From NCBI GenBank assembly GCA_963794995.1, contig CAWCFV010000002.1:363849-427848 (forward strand): DNA of 64,000 bases, written 5' to 3'. This DNA is from an uncultured Actinomycetota bacterium. Its GTDB lineage: Bacteria; Actinomycetota; Actinomycetes; JACCUZ01. The notes beneath the pieces were generated by a model. That model made no database searches and had not been told where the DNA came from. It worked only from the letters and a program-made list of their open reading frames with translations. Within the stretch, counting starts at the first letter, position 1. Every line of letters begins with the position of its first letter. Position numbers and translations under genes: made by a program. This document shows positions 12,021-21,675 of this stretch, piece by piece.

Positions 12021-13931
12021 TCAGCGGACGCGCCGGCCGGTCTCGGCGGTGGAGTAGCCGCCCAGCGCCTCGACCGAGGCCCGGAAGGCCGGGTCGTCCA
12101 GGAGTGCGAGCAGCGGGTCGAGGACGCCGGAGCCCAGCGTCTCGGGCGTCGTCACCAGGTCGTACGGCTCCTCGGCCACCGGCACGAAGTCCAGCCCGAA
12201 GGCTGCGGCCGCCGCCCGGATGCCGAGGCCGGTGTCGACCCGTCCCGCTGCGACGGCCGCGGCCACCGCGAGGTGGGTGCTCTCCTCGCGGCCGTAGCCG
12301 GTGACGTCGGCCGTGGCGACACCGAGGCGGGACAGCTCGTGGTCGAGCAGCACCCGGGTGCCGGCACCGCGCTGGCGGTTGACGTAGCGCAGGCCGTCGC
12401 GGGCCAGGTCGGTGACGCCGCTGAGGCCGAGCGGGTTCCCGGGCGCGACGATCAGCCCCTGCTGCCGGTGCACCAGCCGGACCACCGCCCCCTTCCCCTC
12501 GCCGAGGACGCGGTCCAGGTACGGCAGCGTGTACGCACCGGTCGCGGGGTCGAGCAGGTGCGAGCCGGCGACATGGCACAGCCCGTCGCGCACGGCGGCC
12601 AGCCCGCCGAGCGAGCCCACGTTGGACGACACCAGGGTCAGGCCCGGGTCACGTTCGCGCAGCGCGGACGCCGCGAGGTCCAGGACGAGGTCGTGCGACC
12701 CGATCGCGACGATGCTGCGGGAGACCTCGTCGAGGCCACGCAGCAGCTCGACCTCGACCTGCTCCCCCGCGTGGTGCCCCTCGAGCCCGGCCGGGACGAC
12801 GAGCAGGCCGTCCGCGCGCACGAGGGACGTGAGCACCCCGGCGCCGCGGGGCAGCGGGGTCGCCACGACCTGGCCGCCGACCACGCCGAGGCGGACGCGG
12901 ACCCAGTCGTCCGAGCCCGCCTGCGAGGCGAGCTTGCGGGCCAGCCGGGCGGTGGTGGTCGGGCGGCGGACGGGAGCCGCCCCCTCGAGCCCCGCCAGCA
13001 GCGGCGCGGCGAAGATGTCGAACGTCAGCGCCGCCGACACGGGGAAGCCGGGCGCACCCAGCACCGGGGTCGCGTCGACCACCCCGAGCACGACCGGATG
13101 GCCCGGCCGGACGGCGACGCCGTGGACGGCGAGGACCCCCTCGTCGGCCACCACCTGCGCCGTCCAGTCGTCACGCCCCGCGCTGGACCCCGCGAGCACG
13201 ATCACCAGGTCGCTGACGGCGGCCGCGTCGTGCACCGCGGCGGCGAGGAGGGCGGGCCGGTCCGGCACGACCGCCGTGACGGTCGCCGCCACGCCGAGCT
13301 GCCGGGCCTGCGCGGACAGCATCAGCGAGTTGGTCTCCGGGATCTCGCCGGCGCCGAGCGGCTCCCCCACGGCGCGGATCTCGTCGCCGGTGGGGATCAC
13401 CGTGATCCGGGGCGTCCGGCGCACGAGCAGCTCGGTGAGCCCGGCCGCCGCAGCCGCCGCCAGGTCGTAGGGCCGCAGACGGTGACCGGACGGCAGCAGC
13501 AGCTCGGTCGCCGCGACGTCCTCGCCGACGTGGCGCACATGGGTCCACGGTGCGACGGCCGCGCGCAGCTCGGCACCGGCCGGTGAGTGGTGCACGTGCT
13601 CGCGCATGACGACCGCGTCGCGACCGGCCGGCACCGGGTCGCCCGTGTCCACGACGTCGAACTGGCCCGGGTGCAGGACCACCGGGGTGCTCTCGGCGGC
13701 GCCGTACGTGTCGGTCGCGCGCACGGCGATGCCGTCCATGGCCGCCGCGTCGTAGTCGGGCGAGGACCGCCGGGCCCATACCGGCTCGGCGGTGACGCGC
13801 CCGAGGGCCACGCCGACCGGGACCGTCACGGCCTCGACCCGGTCGGGGCAGCCGGCACCTTGACAGGCGTGACGCCACGCAGCGGTCGCCTCGGCCGCCG
13901 GCACGTCGTGGACGAACGGGCTCTCGCTCAC
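12021..13931 (-). CDS. moeA: Molybdopterin molybdotransferase MoeA fused to a C-terminal PBP-like (molybdate/tungstate-binding-like) domain
   Basis: The MoeA domains start at VSESPFVHDVPAAEATAAW.. and include the GDE/GAG regions. A C-terminal domain of about 230 aa (..SIVAIGSHDLVLDLAASA..HLLDPATGAYTLPYL..) resembles the PBP_like domain found on MoeA and ModE proteins. GTG start forms a GTGA overlap with the upstream moeA stop. Confidence 0.8.
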   Translation of the reverse strand: MSESPFVHDVPAAEATAAWRHACQGAGCPDRVEAVTVPVGVALGRVTAEPVWARRSSPDYDAAAMDGIAVRATDTYGAAESTPVVLHPGQFDVVDTGDPVPAGRDAVVMREHVHHSPAGAELRAAVAPWTHVRHVGEDVAATELLLPSGHRLRPYDLAAAAAAGLTELLVRRTPRITVIPTGDEIRAVGEPLGAGEIPETNSLMLSAQARQLGVAATVTAVVPDRPALLAAAVHDAAAVSDLVIVLAGSSAGRDDWTAQVVADEGVLAVHGVAVRPGHPVVLGVVDATPVLGAPGFPVSAALTFDIFAAPLLAGLEGAAPVRRPTTTARLARKLASQAGSDDWVRVRLGVVGGQVVATPLPRGAGVLTSLVRADGLLVVPAGLEGHHAGEQVEVELLRGLDEVSRSIVAIGSHDLVLDLAASALRERDPGLTLVSSNVGSLGGLAAVRDGLCHVAGSHLLDPATGAYTLPYLDRVLGEGKGAVVRLVHRQQGLIVAPGNPLGLSGVTDLARDGLRYVNRQRGAGTRVLLDHELSRLGVATADVTGYGREESTHLAVAAAVAAGRVDTGLGIRAAAAAFGLDFVPVAEEPYDLVTTPETLGSGVLDPLLALLDDPAFRASVEALGGYSTAETGRRVR

Positions 13932-15184
13932 CGGTACAGCGTGACGTCGACGTCGGCGCCGGCCGGCAGCCCGGTGGCGTCCTCGGCCACGGAGATCCAC
14001 CCGTCCGCCGCGGTGAGCACCGACAGCAGCGCCGAGGCGCCGAACAGCGGTGTCGCGGTGTCGCCTTCGCGGGCGCGCACCAGGCGGACCTGGACGATGT
14101 CGCGCCGACCTGTCTGCGACGCCACCTGGCGGTCGAGCCGGGCTCGCACGACCGGCTCGGGCGGGGGCCGGGTGACACCGGCGAGCCGGCGCACCAGCGG
14201 CACGCCGACGAGCCGGAACACCACCAGGGCCGAGAGCGGGTTGCCGGGTAGCCCCACCACCGGCACTCCCCCGCAGTCGGCGAGAAGCGTGGGCTTGCCC
14301 GGTCGGACGGCCAGGCCGTGGCACAGGATCCCGGGCGGGCCGAGCCTGGACACGGCGTCGGCGGTCTCGTCGCGGGCCCCGACCGAGGAGCCTGCGGAGA
14401 CCACCACCACGTCGCAGCCGGCAACCGCCTCCCGCAGCACCGACTCCAGCGTCGTCGCGTCGTCGGGCACGATCCCGAGCAGCACCGGCTCGCCACCCGC
14501 CTCCCGGACGATCCCCGCGAGCGCCGACGCCGTGGCGTCGCGCACCTGGCCGGGACGCAGCACCGGGGTCCCCGGCGGGACCACCTCGTCCCCGGTGGAC
14601 AGCACCCCGACGCGCGGCCGCCGGTGGACCGCCACCTCGACGACCCCGGCGGCTGCCAGCAGGCCGAGGTCCTGCGCCCGGAGGGGTCGCCCGGAGGGGA
14701 CCAGCACCGACCCGGCGGCGACGTCCTCGTCGGCCCGGACCGTGCCGTCACCAGGAGCGGCCGGGCGGGTCACCTCGACCGAGCCCGGCATCGTCTGCTG
14801 GGTGTGCTCCACCATCACGACGGCGTCCGCACCGTCGGGCAGGACCGCCCCGGTCGGTACGGCGACCGCGGCTCCGCTGCGGACCGCGACCTCCGGGGGC
14901 CGGCCCATCGCCACGGCCCCCACCAGCTCGAGGTACGACGGCATGGCCTCCGTGGCCCCGAAGGTGTCGGCGGCCCGGACGGCGAACCCGTCGACGGTCG
15001 ACCGGGCGAAACCGGGCAGCGGTCGCGTGGCGGTGACCACAGCAGCCGGGGTCCGGCCGAGCAACGCGTCGAGGCCGACAGGCTCGGCCCCGGTCGGGGC
15101 GAGGTCCGTGAGCAGCGCGAGGGCGGCATCCACCGTGACCGTCGTGAAGAACTCGCGCCCCACGGCGCGGGCAGGAGGAGGCAC
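13928..15184 (-). CDS. moeA: Molybdopterin molybdotransferase MoeA (stand-alone paralog)
   Basis: 418 aa with classical MoeA architecture (..VAEDATGLPAGADVDVTLYR C-terminus). Alternative GTG start 3 nt downstream of the fdsGB stop. Confidence 0.85.
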   Translation of the reverse strand: MPPPARAVGREFFTTVTVDAALALLTDLAPTGAEPVGLDALLGRTPAAVVTATRPLPGFARSTVDGFAVRAADTFGATEAMPSYLELVGAVAMGRPPEVAVRSGAAVAVPTGAVLPDGADAVVMVEHTQQTMPGSVEVTRPAAPGDGTVRADEDVAAGSVLVPSGRPLRAQDLGLLAAAGVVEVAVHRRPRVGVLSTGDEVVPPGTPVLRPGQVRDATASALAGIVREAGGEPVLLGIVPDDATTLESVLREAVAGCDVVVVSAGSSVGARDETADAVSRLGPPGILCHGLAVRPGKPTLLADCGGVPVVGLPGNPLSALVVFRLVGVPLVRRLAGVTRPPPEPVVRARLDRQVASQTGRRDIVQVRLVRAREGDTATPLFGASALLSVLTAADGWISVAEDATGLPAGADVDVTLYR

Positions 15185-15187
15185 CGG

Positions 15188-16879
15188 CTAGTCCCGCGGC
15201 TGCGGCCGGGCGACCGCACCGCCGCGGTGCAGGCCGAGCACGCTGGCGACCGGGCCCAACGCGACCTGCCCCAGCCCGCAGATCGAGGTCTTGCGCAGCG
15301 TCCGCTCCAGCTCGACGACCTGCGCCTCGCCGTCGTCGTCGAGACCGCCCGCCGCCAGCGCGGTGGTCAGGATCGTGTGGGCCTTGGTGGAGCCCACCCG
15401 GCACGGGACGCACTTGCCGCACGACTCGTCGCGGAAGAACCGCAGGACGTTCGTGGCGGCCGCGAGCAGGTCGGTGCCCTCGGCCATCACGACCAGCGCT
15501 CCGGAGCCGAGCATGCTGCCCGCCTCGGCGAGGGCGTCGAAGTCGAGGCGCGCGTCCAGGCCGTCCGGGCCGAGGAAGTTCGACGAGGCGCCGCCGGGCT
15601 GCACGGCCGCGAGGGCTCGTCCTCCGGACACGCCGCCGGCCAGGTCGAGCAGCGAGCGCGCGGTGGTGCCCATCGGCACGCAGTAGACGCCCGGTCGTTC
15701 GACGTGGCCGGACACGGCGAAGAACTTCAGGCCGTGCGACTCCCCGTCGCCCTGGTCCTTCCACCACTGCGCACCACGGCTGACGATCACCGGGACGTCG
15801 GCGAAGGTCTCGACCGAGTTCATCAGCGTCGGCCGCCCCCAGAGTCCGTGGACCGCGGGGAACGGGGGCTTGTTCCGGGGCTCGCCACGGTGGCCCTCCA
15901 TGCACTCGAGCAACGCCGACTCCTCGCCGAGGATGTAGCCGCCGGGAGAGACGAACACCTCGACCGAGAGCCGTCGGCCGCTGCCCAGCACGTCGGCCCC
16001 GAGCAGGCCCTCGCGGCGCAGCAGGTCGAGCTCGGCACGGATCACGTCGGTCTCCGGGCCGTACTCGTGCCGTACGAAGACCCACCCCTCCTCGGCTCCG
16101 ACGACGACCATCCCGAGGAGCAGCCCCTCGAGCACGAGGTGCGGCTGGTCGGCGAGGATCTGCCGGTCCTTGAAGGTTCCCGGCTCGGACTCGTCGGCGT
16201 TGCACACGACGTAGGCCGGACGGGCCTCCTGCCCCGCGACCATGGCCCACTTCCGGCCGGTCGGGAAGCCGGCGCCGCCCATCCCCCGCAGGCCGGACTC
16301 GGTCAGTGCGGTGACGACCTCGTCGCCGGTGAGGTCGCCGGCGAGCACCCGGCGCAGGACCTGGTAGCGCTGCTGCCCCTCGGCGTACGGGTCGTTGGGC
16401 CACGGCTCAGCGCGGCCGGACGGGGTCGGCCCCGCGGCGGGGACCTCGTCGGCCCGGGCCGCCTCGACGAGCGCGACGGCGTCCTCGCCGGCCGCGGGCT
16501 GCTCGTCCACCGCGACGGCAGGGGCGATGTCGCAGCGTCCGAGGCACGACACCTCGCGCACCTCGACATCGGCGTCGTCGTCGTAACGCTGCCGCAGGCC
16601 GGCGATCCCGTCGTCGCCCTCGCGCAGCCAGCAGCTGAGGTCGTGGCACAGGTGCAGGGACACCCGGGGCGGCGGCTCGGTGCGGAAGTGGGGATAGAAG
16701 GACACCAGGCCCTGGATCTCGTACAGCGGCCGGCCGGCCTCCTGCGAGAGCGCCACCAGCTCCTCCCGGGGGAGCCAGCCGCGCCGCTCCTGGATGGCGT
16801 GCAGCGCGGGGATCAGGCTCGGCCCGGGAAAACGGCCGTTGCGGGCCTCCGCCCCGGGCGCCCGTCGTCCGTCCGTCAC
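15188..16879 (-). CDS. NAD(H)-linked diaphorase subunit, fused NuoE-like and NuoF-like (FdsG-FdsB-type formate dehydrogenase beta/gamma)
   Basis: The N-terminus is a thioredoxin-like 2Fe-2S domain (..LIPALHAIQERRGWLP..CHDLSC..CLGRC). This is followed by the 51-kDa NuoF core (GMGGAGFPTGRKW.., FMN/NADH sites, CGKCVPCRVG 4Fe-4S). The GTG start at 16877-16879 overlaps the fdhA stop (GTGA). Confidence 0.85.
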   Translation of the reverse strand: MTDGRRAPGAEARNGRFPGPSLIPALHAIQERRGWLPREELVALSQEAGRPLYEIQGLVSFYPHFRTEPPPRVSLHLCHDLSCWLREGDDGIAGLRQRYDDDADVEVREVSCLGRCDIAPAVAVDEQPAAGEDAVALVEAARADEVPAAGPTPSGRAEPWPNDPYAEGQQRYQVLRRVLAGDLTGDEVVTALTESGLRGMGGAGFPTGRKWAMVAGQEARPAYVVCNADESEPGTFKDRQILADQPHLVLEGLLLGMVVVGAEEGWVFVRHEYGPETDVIRAELDLLRREGLLGADVLGSGRRLSVEVFVSPGGYILGEESALLECMEGHRGEPRNKPPFPAVHGLWGRPTLMNSVETFADVPVIVSRGAQWWKDQGDGESHGLKFFAVSGHVERPGVYCVPMGTTARSLLDLAGGVSGGRALAAVQPGGASSNFLGPDGLDARLDFDALAEAGSMLGSGALVVMAEGTDLLAAATNVLRFFRDESCGKCVPCRVGSTKAHTILTTALAAGGLDDDGEAQVVELERTLRKTSICGLGQVALGPVASVLGLHRGGAVARPQPRD

Positions 16880-19773
16880 GCCGGTGCCCCCGCGGCCTCG
16901 AGCCTCACGGCGCAGAACTTGAACTCCGGGATCTTCCCGACCGGGTCGACCTCGTCGATGGTGAGCAGGTTGGCGGCTGCCTCCCGGAAGTGGAAGGGGA
17001 TGAAGACGTTGCCACGCGCCTCGCGGGTGGACACCCGCAGGTGCAGCTCGATCCGGCCGCGTCGCGAGCTCACTCTGACCATCTCGCCGTCGACCAGCCC
17101 GAGCTCGCGGGCGTCCTCCGGGTGCACGTACACCTCCGCGCGTGGGGCGATCGTGTCGAGGGCGAACGACCGCCGGGTCATCGAGCCGGTGTGCCAGTGC
17201 TCCAGCAGGCGACCGGTGTTGAGCACCAGCGGGTACTCGTCGTCCGGCAGCTCCTTGGCCGGCAGCCACTCCGCGGCGACGAGGTGCGCCAAGCCGTCGC
17301 CGGTGTTGAACCGGTCGTCGAACATCACGACGGTGCCGTCGGAGTGCTCGGGGTCGTCGTTCGGGTACAGCTTGCCCGTGCCACCGAGGACCTCCCAGTC
17401 GAGGTTCCGGTAGCTCGGCATCAGCCCGACCATCTCGTCGAAGACCTCGCTCGGCGAGACGTAGTCCCAGTCGAGACCGACCCGGCGCGCGATCTCCTGG
17501 GTGATCCACCAGTCCTCGCGCGCGTCACCGGGCGGGTCCAGGACCTTGCGGCCGCGCTGCACCCGCCGGTCGGTGTTGGTGTACGTGCCCTCCTTCTCGA
17601 GGTACGAGGTCGCCGGCAGGATCACGTCGGCGAACTCCGCCGTCTCGGTCACGAAGATGTCCTGCACCACGAGGAAGTCCAGCGCCGACAGCGCCTTGCG
17701 CACCTTGTTGGTGTTCGGGTCGGACATGAACGGGTTCTCGCCCATCATGTACATGGCGCCGACCCCTGGACCGCCCTTGGGGGACCCGTCCAGGATCGAG
17801 TGCACGATCTCGGTGACGGTCAGGCCGCGCCCGGTGGGCAGTGGTGACGACCAGGCCTGCTCGAAGCGGGCCACGACCCCGGCGTCGTCGGCGGACTGGT
17901 AGTCGGGGAAGAACATGGGGATCAGACCCGAGTCCGACGCCCCCTGCACGTTGTTCTGACCGCGCAGCGGGTGCAGACCGGCGCCCGGCTTGCCGACGTT
18001 GCCGGTGATCGCGCACAGCGCGATCAGGCAGCGGGCGTTGTCGGTACCGGTGGTGTGCTGCGAGATGCCCATCCCCCAGAAGATGATGCCGGCTGCCGCC
18101 TCGCCCCAGACCTTCGCGACCTTGCGGATCAGCCTGGCCGGCACGCCGGTGATCTGCTCACCCCGCTCGGGCGGGTAGTCGGCGACGGTGCGCGCCAGAT
18201 CGTCGTAGCCGCTCGTGCGGTCGGTGACGTACTTCTCGTCGACAAGACCGGTCGCGATGATCTCGTGCATCACCGAGTTGTAGAAGGCGACGTCCGTGCC
18301 GGGCTTGAGCTGGCAGAAGATGTCCGCGTGGTCAGCCATCTTGTCGGCGCGGGGGTCGACGTAGATGATCGTCGTCCCGTTGCGACGCGCCTGCTTGAAG
18401 AACGACGACGCGACCGGATGGTTCGCGGTGGCGTTGCTGCCGGTGATCAGGGCGACCTCGGAGTTGACGACGTCGCCGTACGTCGTCGACACCGCGCCGG
18501 AGCCGATCCCTTCGAACAGCGCGGCCACGCTGCTGGCGTGGCACAGCCGGGTGCAGTGGTCGATGTTGTTCGACGTGAAGGCCGTGCGGATCAGCTTCTG
18601 GAACAGGTAGGCCTCCTCGTTGCTGCACTTGGCCGAGCCGAAGCCCGCGATCCCGTCGGGGCCTCTCTGGTCGTGGACCTCGCGCAGTCTGCGGGCGACC
18701 AGGTCGAGGGCCTCGTCCCAGGTGGCCTCCCGGAAGTGCGGCAGCACCTCCTCGTAGGGCACCAGGCCTCCCGGCTTGGTCCGCCGCCGGCCCTCGCCCT
18801 GCTGGTCGTCGTCGGCTCGCTGGTCACCCCGGACGTCTCCCGTCAGCGGGCCCTTGGGATAGGACTCCTCGCGCCGGATCAGGGGCACCGTGAGCCGTTG
18901 CGGCGAGGCGGCGTAGTCCCACCCGTAGCGCCCCTTGACGCAGAGGCGTCCCTTCGAGCCCGGCTGGTCGCGGCCGTCGGCGAACGCGATCGCCCCCCGC
19001 TCCCGGTCGACGAAGTAGGTGAGCGCGCAGCCGACGCCGCAGTAGGGGCAGACGCTCTCGACGGCCTCCAGCTCGGTACGCGGCCGGATCGGGATCTCGC
19101 GGATCGGCTTGTTGGTGAGGGCGCCGGTGGGGCAGGACGCCACGCACTCCCCGCAGGTGACGCAGGAGGACGCACCCATCGGGTCGTCGAGGTCGAAGGA
19201 GATCCTGGTCGCGTAGCCCTTCCCTGACCGGCCGATGACGTCGTTGCCCTGGAGGTCGTCGCAGGCCCGGACGCAGCGGTCGCACAGGATGCACGCGTCG
19301 TGGTCCACGGCGATCACGGGGTTGGACATGTCGGTGCCCCGGCCCCCGCCGCGCGGCAGGTCCCCGGCCGCGACGTCGTACCGCGCGGCCAGGCCGAGCA
19401 GCAGGTTGTCGCCGGTGGTGGTCTGCTTCGGGTCGTCCTCAGGAGCGGGCTGGTCGGCGACCAGCAGCTCGGTGAGGGTCGCGCGGCTGCGCTCGATCTC
19501 GTCAGAGGTGGTGGTGACCTCCATGCCGTCCTCGCACGGACGCACGCAGGCGGCGGCGTAGACGCGGCCGCCGACGTCGACCACGCACATCCGGCACACA
19601 CCGACGGGGTCCATCCGCTCGTCGTGACACAGCACGGGGATGTCGATGCCGGCGTCGCGCGCCGCGGTCCAGATCGTGGTGCCCTCGGCCACGCTGAGGC
19701 TGCGCCCGTCGACGGTGACCTCGACGGTTCTCGGCGTGGTCTGCGTCGGCGGCGCGTCAGCGGTCGCGGTCAC
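16876..19773 (-). CDS. fdhA: Formate dehydrogenase catalytic (alpha) subunit, Mo/W-bisPGD, cysteine-type, with NuoG-like Fe-S N-terminus
   Basis: 965 aa. N-terminal 2Fe-2S/4Fe-4S modules (CHDERMDPVGVCRMC.., CILCDRCVRAC, CVTCGECVASCP). The active-site stretch TRLCHASSVAAL matches the FdhF RVUHGPSVAGL region with Cys in place of Sec. GTG start overlaps the AOR stop (GTGA). Confidence 0.9.
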   Translation of the reverse strand: MTATADAPPTQTTPRTVEVTVDGRSLSVAEGTTIWTAARDAGIDIPVLCHDERMDPVGVCRMCVVDVGGRVYAAACVRPCEDGMEVTTTSDEIERSRATLTELLVADQPAPEDDPKQTTTGDNLLLGLAARYDVAAGDLPRGGGRGTDMSNPVIAVDHDACILCDRCVRACDDLQGNDVIGRSGKGYATRISFDLDDPMGASSCVTCGECVASCPTGALTNKPIREIPIRPRTELEAVESVCPYCGVGCALTYFVDRERGAIAFADGRDQPGSKGRLCVKGRYGWDYAASPQRLTVPLIRREESYPKGPLTGDVRGDQRADDDQQGEGRRRTKPGGLVPYEEVLPHFREATWDEALDLVARRLREVHDQRGPDGIAGFGSAKCSNEEAYLFQKLIRTAFTSNNIDHCTRLCHASSVAALFEGIGSGAVSTTYGDVVNSEVALITGSNATANHPVASSFFKQARRNGTTIIYVDPRADKMADHADIFCQLKPGTDVAFYNSVMHEIIATGLVDEKYVTDRTSGYDDLARTVADYPPERGEQITGVPARLIRKVAKVWGEAAAGIIFWGMGISQHTTGTDNARCLIALCAITGNVGKPGAGLHPLRGQNNVQGASDSGLIPMFFPDYQSADDAGVVARFEQAWSSPLPTGRGLTVTEIVHSILDGSPKGGPGVGAMYMMGENPFMSDPNTNKVRKALSALDFLVVQDIFVTETAEFADVILPATSYLEKEGTYTNTDRRVQRGRKVLDPPGDAREDWWITQEIARRVGLDWDYVSPSEVFDEMVGLMPSYRNLDWEVLGGTGKLYPNDDPEHSDGTVVMFDDRFNTGDGLAHLVAAEWLPAKELPDDEYPLVLNTGRLLEHWHTGSMTRRSFALDTIAPRAEVYVHPEDARELGLVDGEMVRVSSRRGRIELHLRVSTREARGNVFIPFHFREAAANLLTIDEVDPVGKIPEFKFCAVRLEAAGAPA

Positions 19774-21674
19774 GTCTGGGTCCTGCCCCTCGTCGGCACC
19801 TTGCCAGCAATGTCGTCACCCTCACCCACGGCGTCCGCCGTGTCCACCACCCGGCCCGGCCGCGTCCCGCTGTGCGGCACCGGCGGTCCGGCCGGCCGCC
19901 CCTGCGGGTCCAGGCCCCGGGCCGCCCAGTAGCCGTCGACCATCGAGCGCAGCCGCTCCGGTGTGAGCCGGGCCGTGCGGCCGGACGGCAGCTCGAGGGC
20001 CTCGGCGAGCAGCCGGGGCGGCAGCCAGTCGTCCTCGGCCCGCCAGCCCTCGCGCAGGTTGTACTCGCGCTTGGCCAGCACGATGCGCCGGGCGGTGGCC
20101 CGTAGCTCGTCGGCGTCCATGTCCCAGCCCGTGACGAGGGACAGCAGACCGGCCCACTCCCCCCACGGCGCGTCCGGGTCGTCCGGGTCGGTGAACACGC
20201 CGCGGAGGAACTTGCACAGGATCATCGAGTCGATCGCGGCCGCACGGTCCTCGGTCTCGATGGCGGCGCGGACGTGCTCCGGGCCACCGTCCAGCCGGTC
20301 GAGGTCGCCGCTGAGGTCGGCCTCGTAGGCGCCCGACCGGTTGTGGTCGGCACCGCGCGCGTTGACCGCCAGCCCGAGCGCCATCGCGTGCAGCGAGCGC
20401 GGCTCGTAGCCGGGCAGCTCCAGCCCCTTGACGTGCACGGCGTACGCCGCGGTCCCGTTGCCCAGCTGCTCGGCCGCGGCGCGGGAGCCGAGTGCCAGCA
20501 GCGGGCCGATGCCGGTCCCGCGGCCGATCTCGTCCAGCGCGCGCAGCAGGGCGGAGCCGTCGCCGAACCGCAGCCAGGGCGCGTCGAGCAGCCCCCGCTC
20601 GGCGCACTCCATCGCCCAGGCGATGGTCCCGCCGGCGGAGATGGTGTCGATGCCGAGGTCGTCGCAGCGGGCGCTCGCCTCGAGGACGTCGTCGGGGTCG
20701 GCCACCCCGCAGAGCGGACCGAGGGCGAAGACGTTCTCGTACTCCACCCGCGCCGTCCGACCGCCCCCGGCGCCGGACGTCCGGTAGATGTGCTCGCAGC
20801 CGATCGAGCAGGACGCGCAGCTGCTGCGCGCGTGGCCACGCAGGTCGGCCAGCTCCTCGGCGGCCAGGGCCGGCGCGCCCTCGAAGGTCGACTCCTGGAA
20901 GTTGCGCGACGGCAGTGTCGAGAGCGCGTTGAAGGCCAGCAGGTTGGCGAGGGTCCCGAGCTCGCGGTACTTCGCGGTCGCGGCGCCCAGAGATCGGGTG
21001 CGCAGGTCCTTGGCGGCGGCGACCACGCCGGCCGGGTCGGCCGGGGCGACCTTGGTGCGCGGCCGGACCGCGACCGCCTTGAGGTTCTTGGCGCCGAGGA
21101 CGGCACCGAGGCCGCCCCGCCCGGCGTGCCGGCCGTCGTGCGACACGGTGGCGTAGCGGACGCCGCGCTCGCCCGCCGGCCCGATCGCGGCCACCCGGAA
21201 CGCCCGCCCGAAACGGGAGCGGACCGACTCCTCGGTCTCGGCGGCCGTCGTGCCCACCTCGTCGTCGGCCGGCTCCAGTCGGACCGCGTCGCCGTCGACC
21301 AGCAGCACGCTCGGCCGGGCGGCGCGGCCGACGACGACGATCGCGTCGTGACCGGTGAGCTTCCCGGCGATCGCGAAGTGACTGGACGCCAGGGCGTCGG
21401 TGAGCATCCCGGTGAGCGGGGACTTGGCGACGACGGCGAACTTCGCACTGGTGGTCAGCGGGGTGCCGACCAGGGGCGAGAACACGAACGCGAGCGGCGC
21501 CTCGGGGGCGAGCGCGTCGACGCCCGGGGGCGACAGGTCGAGCAGCAGCCGGACACCCAGCCCCGCCCCGCCGAGGTGCTCGCGCAGGACCCGGTCGGGC
21601 AGCGCCACCAGCCGGCTGGTGCCGTCGGTCACGTCGACCACCAGAGCCCGCCCGAAGTAGCCGCCGGGGGCCAC
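19770..21674 (-). CDS. Aldehyde:ferredoxin oxidoreductase family protein (tungsto-/molybdopterin AOR)
   Basis: The AOR N-terminal domain begins ..GGYFGRALVVDVTDG.. and contains ..AVVAKSPLTGMLTD... The catalytic domain has a CxxCxxxC 4Fe-4S motif and EHIY..GPLCG..DDLGIDTISAGGTIAWAMEC motifs. GTG start at 21672-21674 lies 1 nt after the mobA-moaD stop. Confidence 0.85.
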   Translation of the reverse strand: MAPGGYFGRALVVDVTDGTSRLVALPDRVLREHLGGAGLGVRLLLDLSPPGVDALAPEAPLAFVFSPLVGTPLTTSAKFAVVAKSPLTGMLTDALASSHFAIAGKLTGHDAIVVVGRAARPSVLLVDGDAVRLEPADDEVGTTAAETEESVRSRFGRAFRVAAIGPAGERGVRYATVSHDGRHAGRGGLGAVLGAKNLKAVAVRPRTKVAPADPAGVVAAAKDLRTRSLGAATAKYRELGTLANLLAFNALSTLPSRNFQESTFEGAPALAAEELADLRGHARSSCASCSIGCEHIYRTSGAGGGRTARVEYENVFALGPLCGVADPDDVLEASARCDDLGIDTISAGGTIAWAMECAERGLLDAPWLRFGDGSALLRALDEIGRGTGIGPLLALGSRAAAEQLGNGTAAYAVHVKGLELPGYEPRSLHAMALGLAVNARGADHNRSGAYEADLSGDLDRLDGGPEHVRAAIETEDRAAAIDSMILCKFLRGVFTDPDDPDAPWGEWAGLLSLVTGWDMDADELRATARRIVLAKREYNLREGWRAEDDWLPPRLLAEALELPSGRTARLTPERLRSMVDGYWAARGLDPQGRPAGPPVPHSGTRPGRVVDTADAVGEGDDIAGKVPTRGRTQT

Positions 21675-21675
21675 C

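Noticed and set aside
14318-17413. 1031-aa plus-strand ORF, and similar long plus-strand ORFs at 35981-38998 and 52653-56684
   Set aside because: All lie antisense to well-supported minus-strand genes (moeA/fdsGB, ribD/sigma region, carB/carA). Low-complexity R/G/A/P-rich translations.
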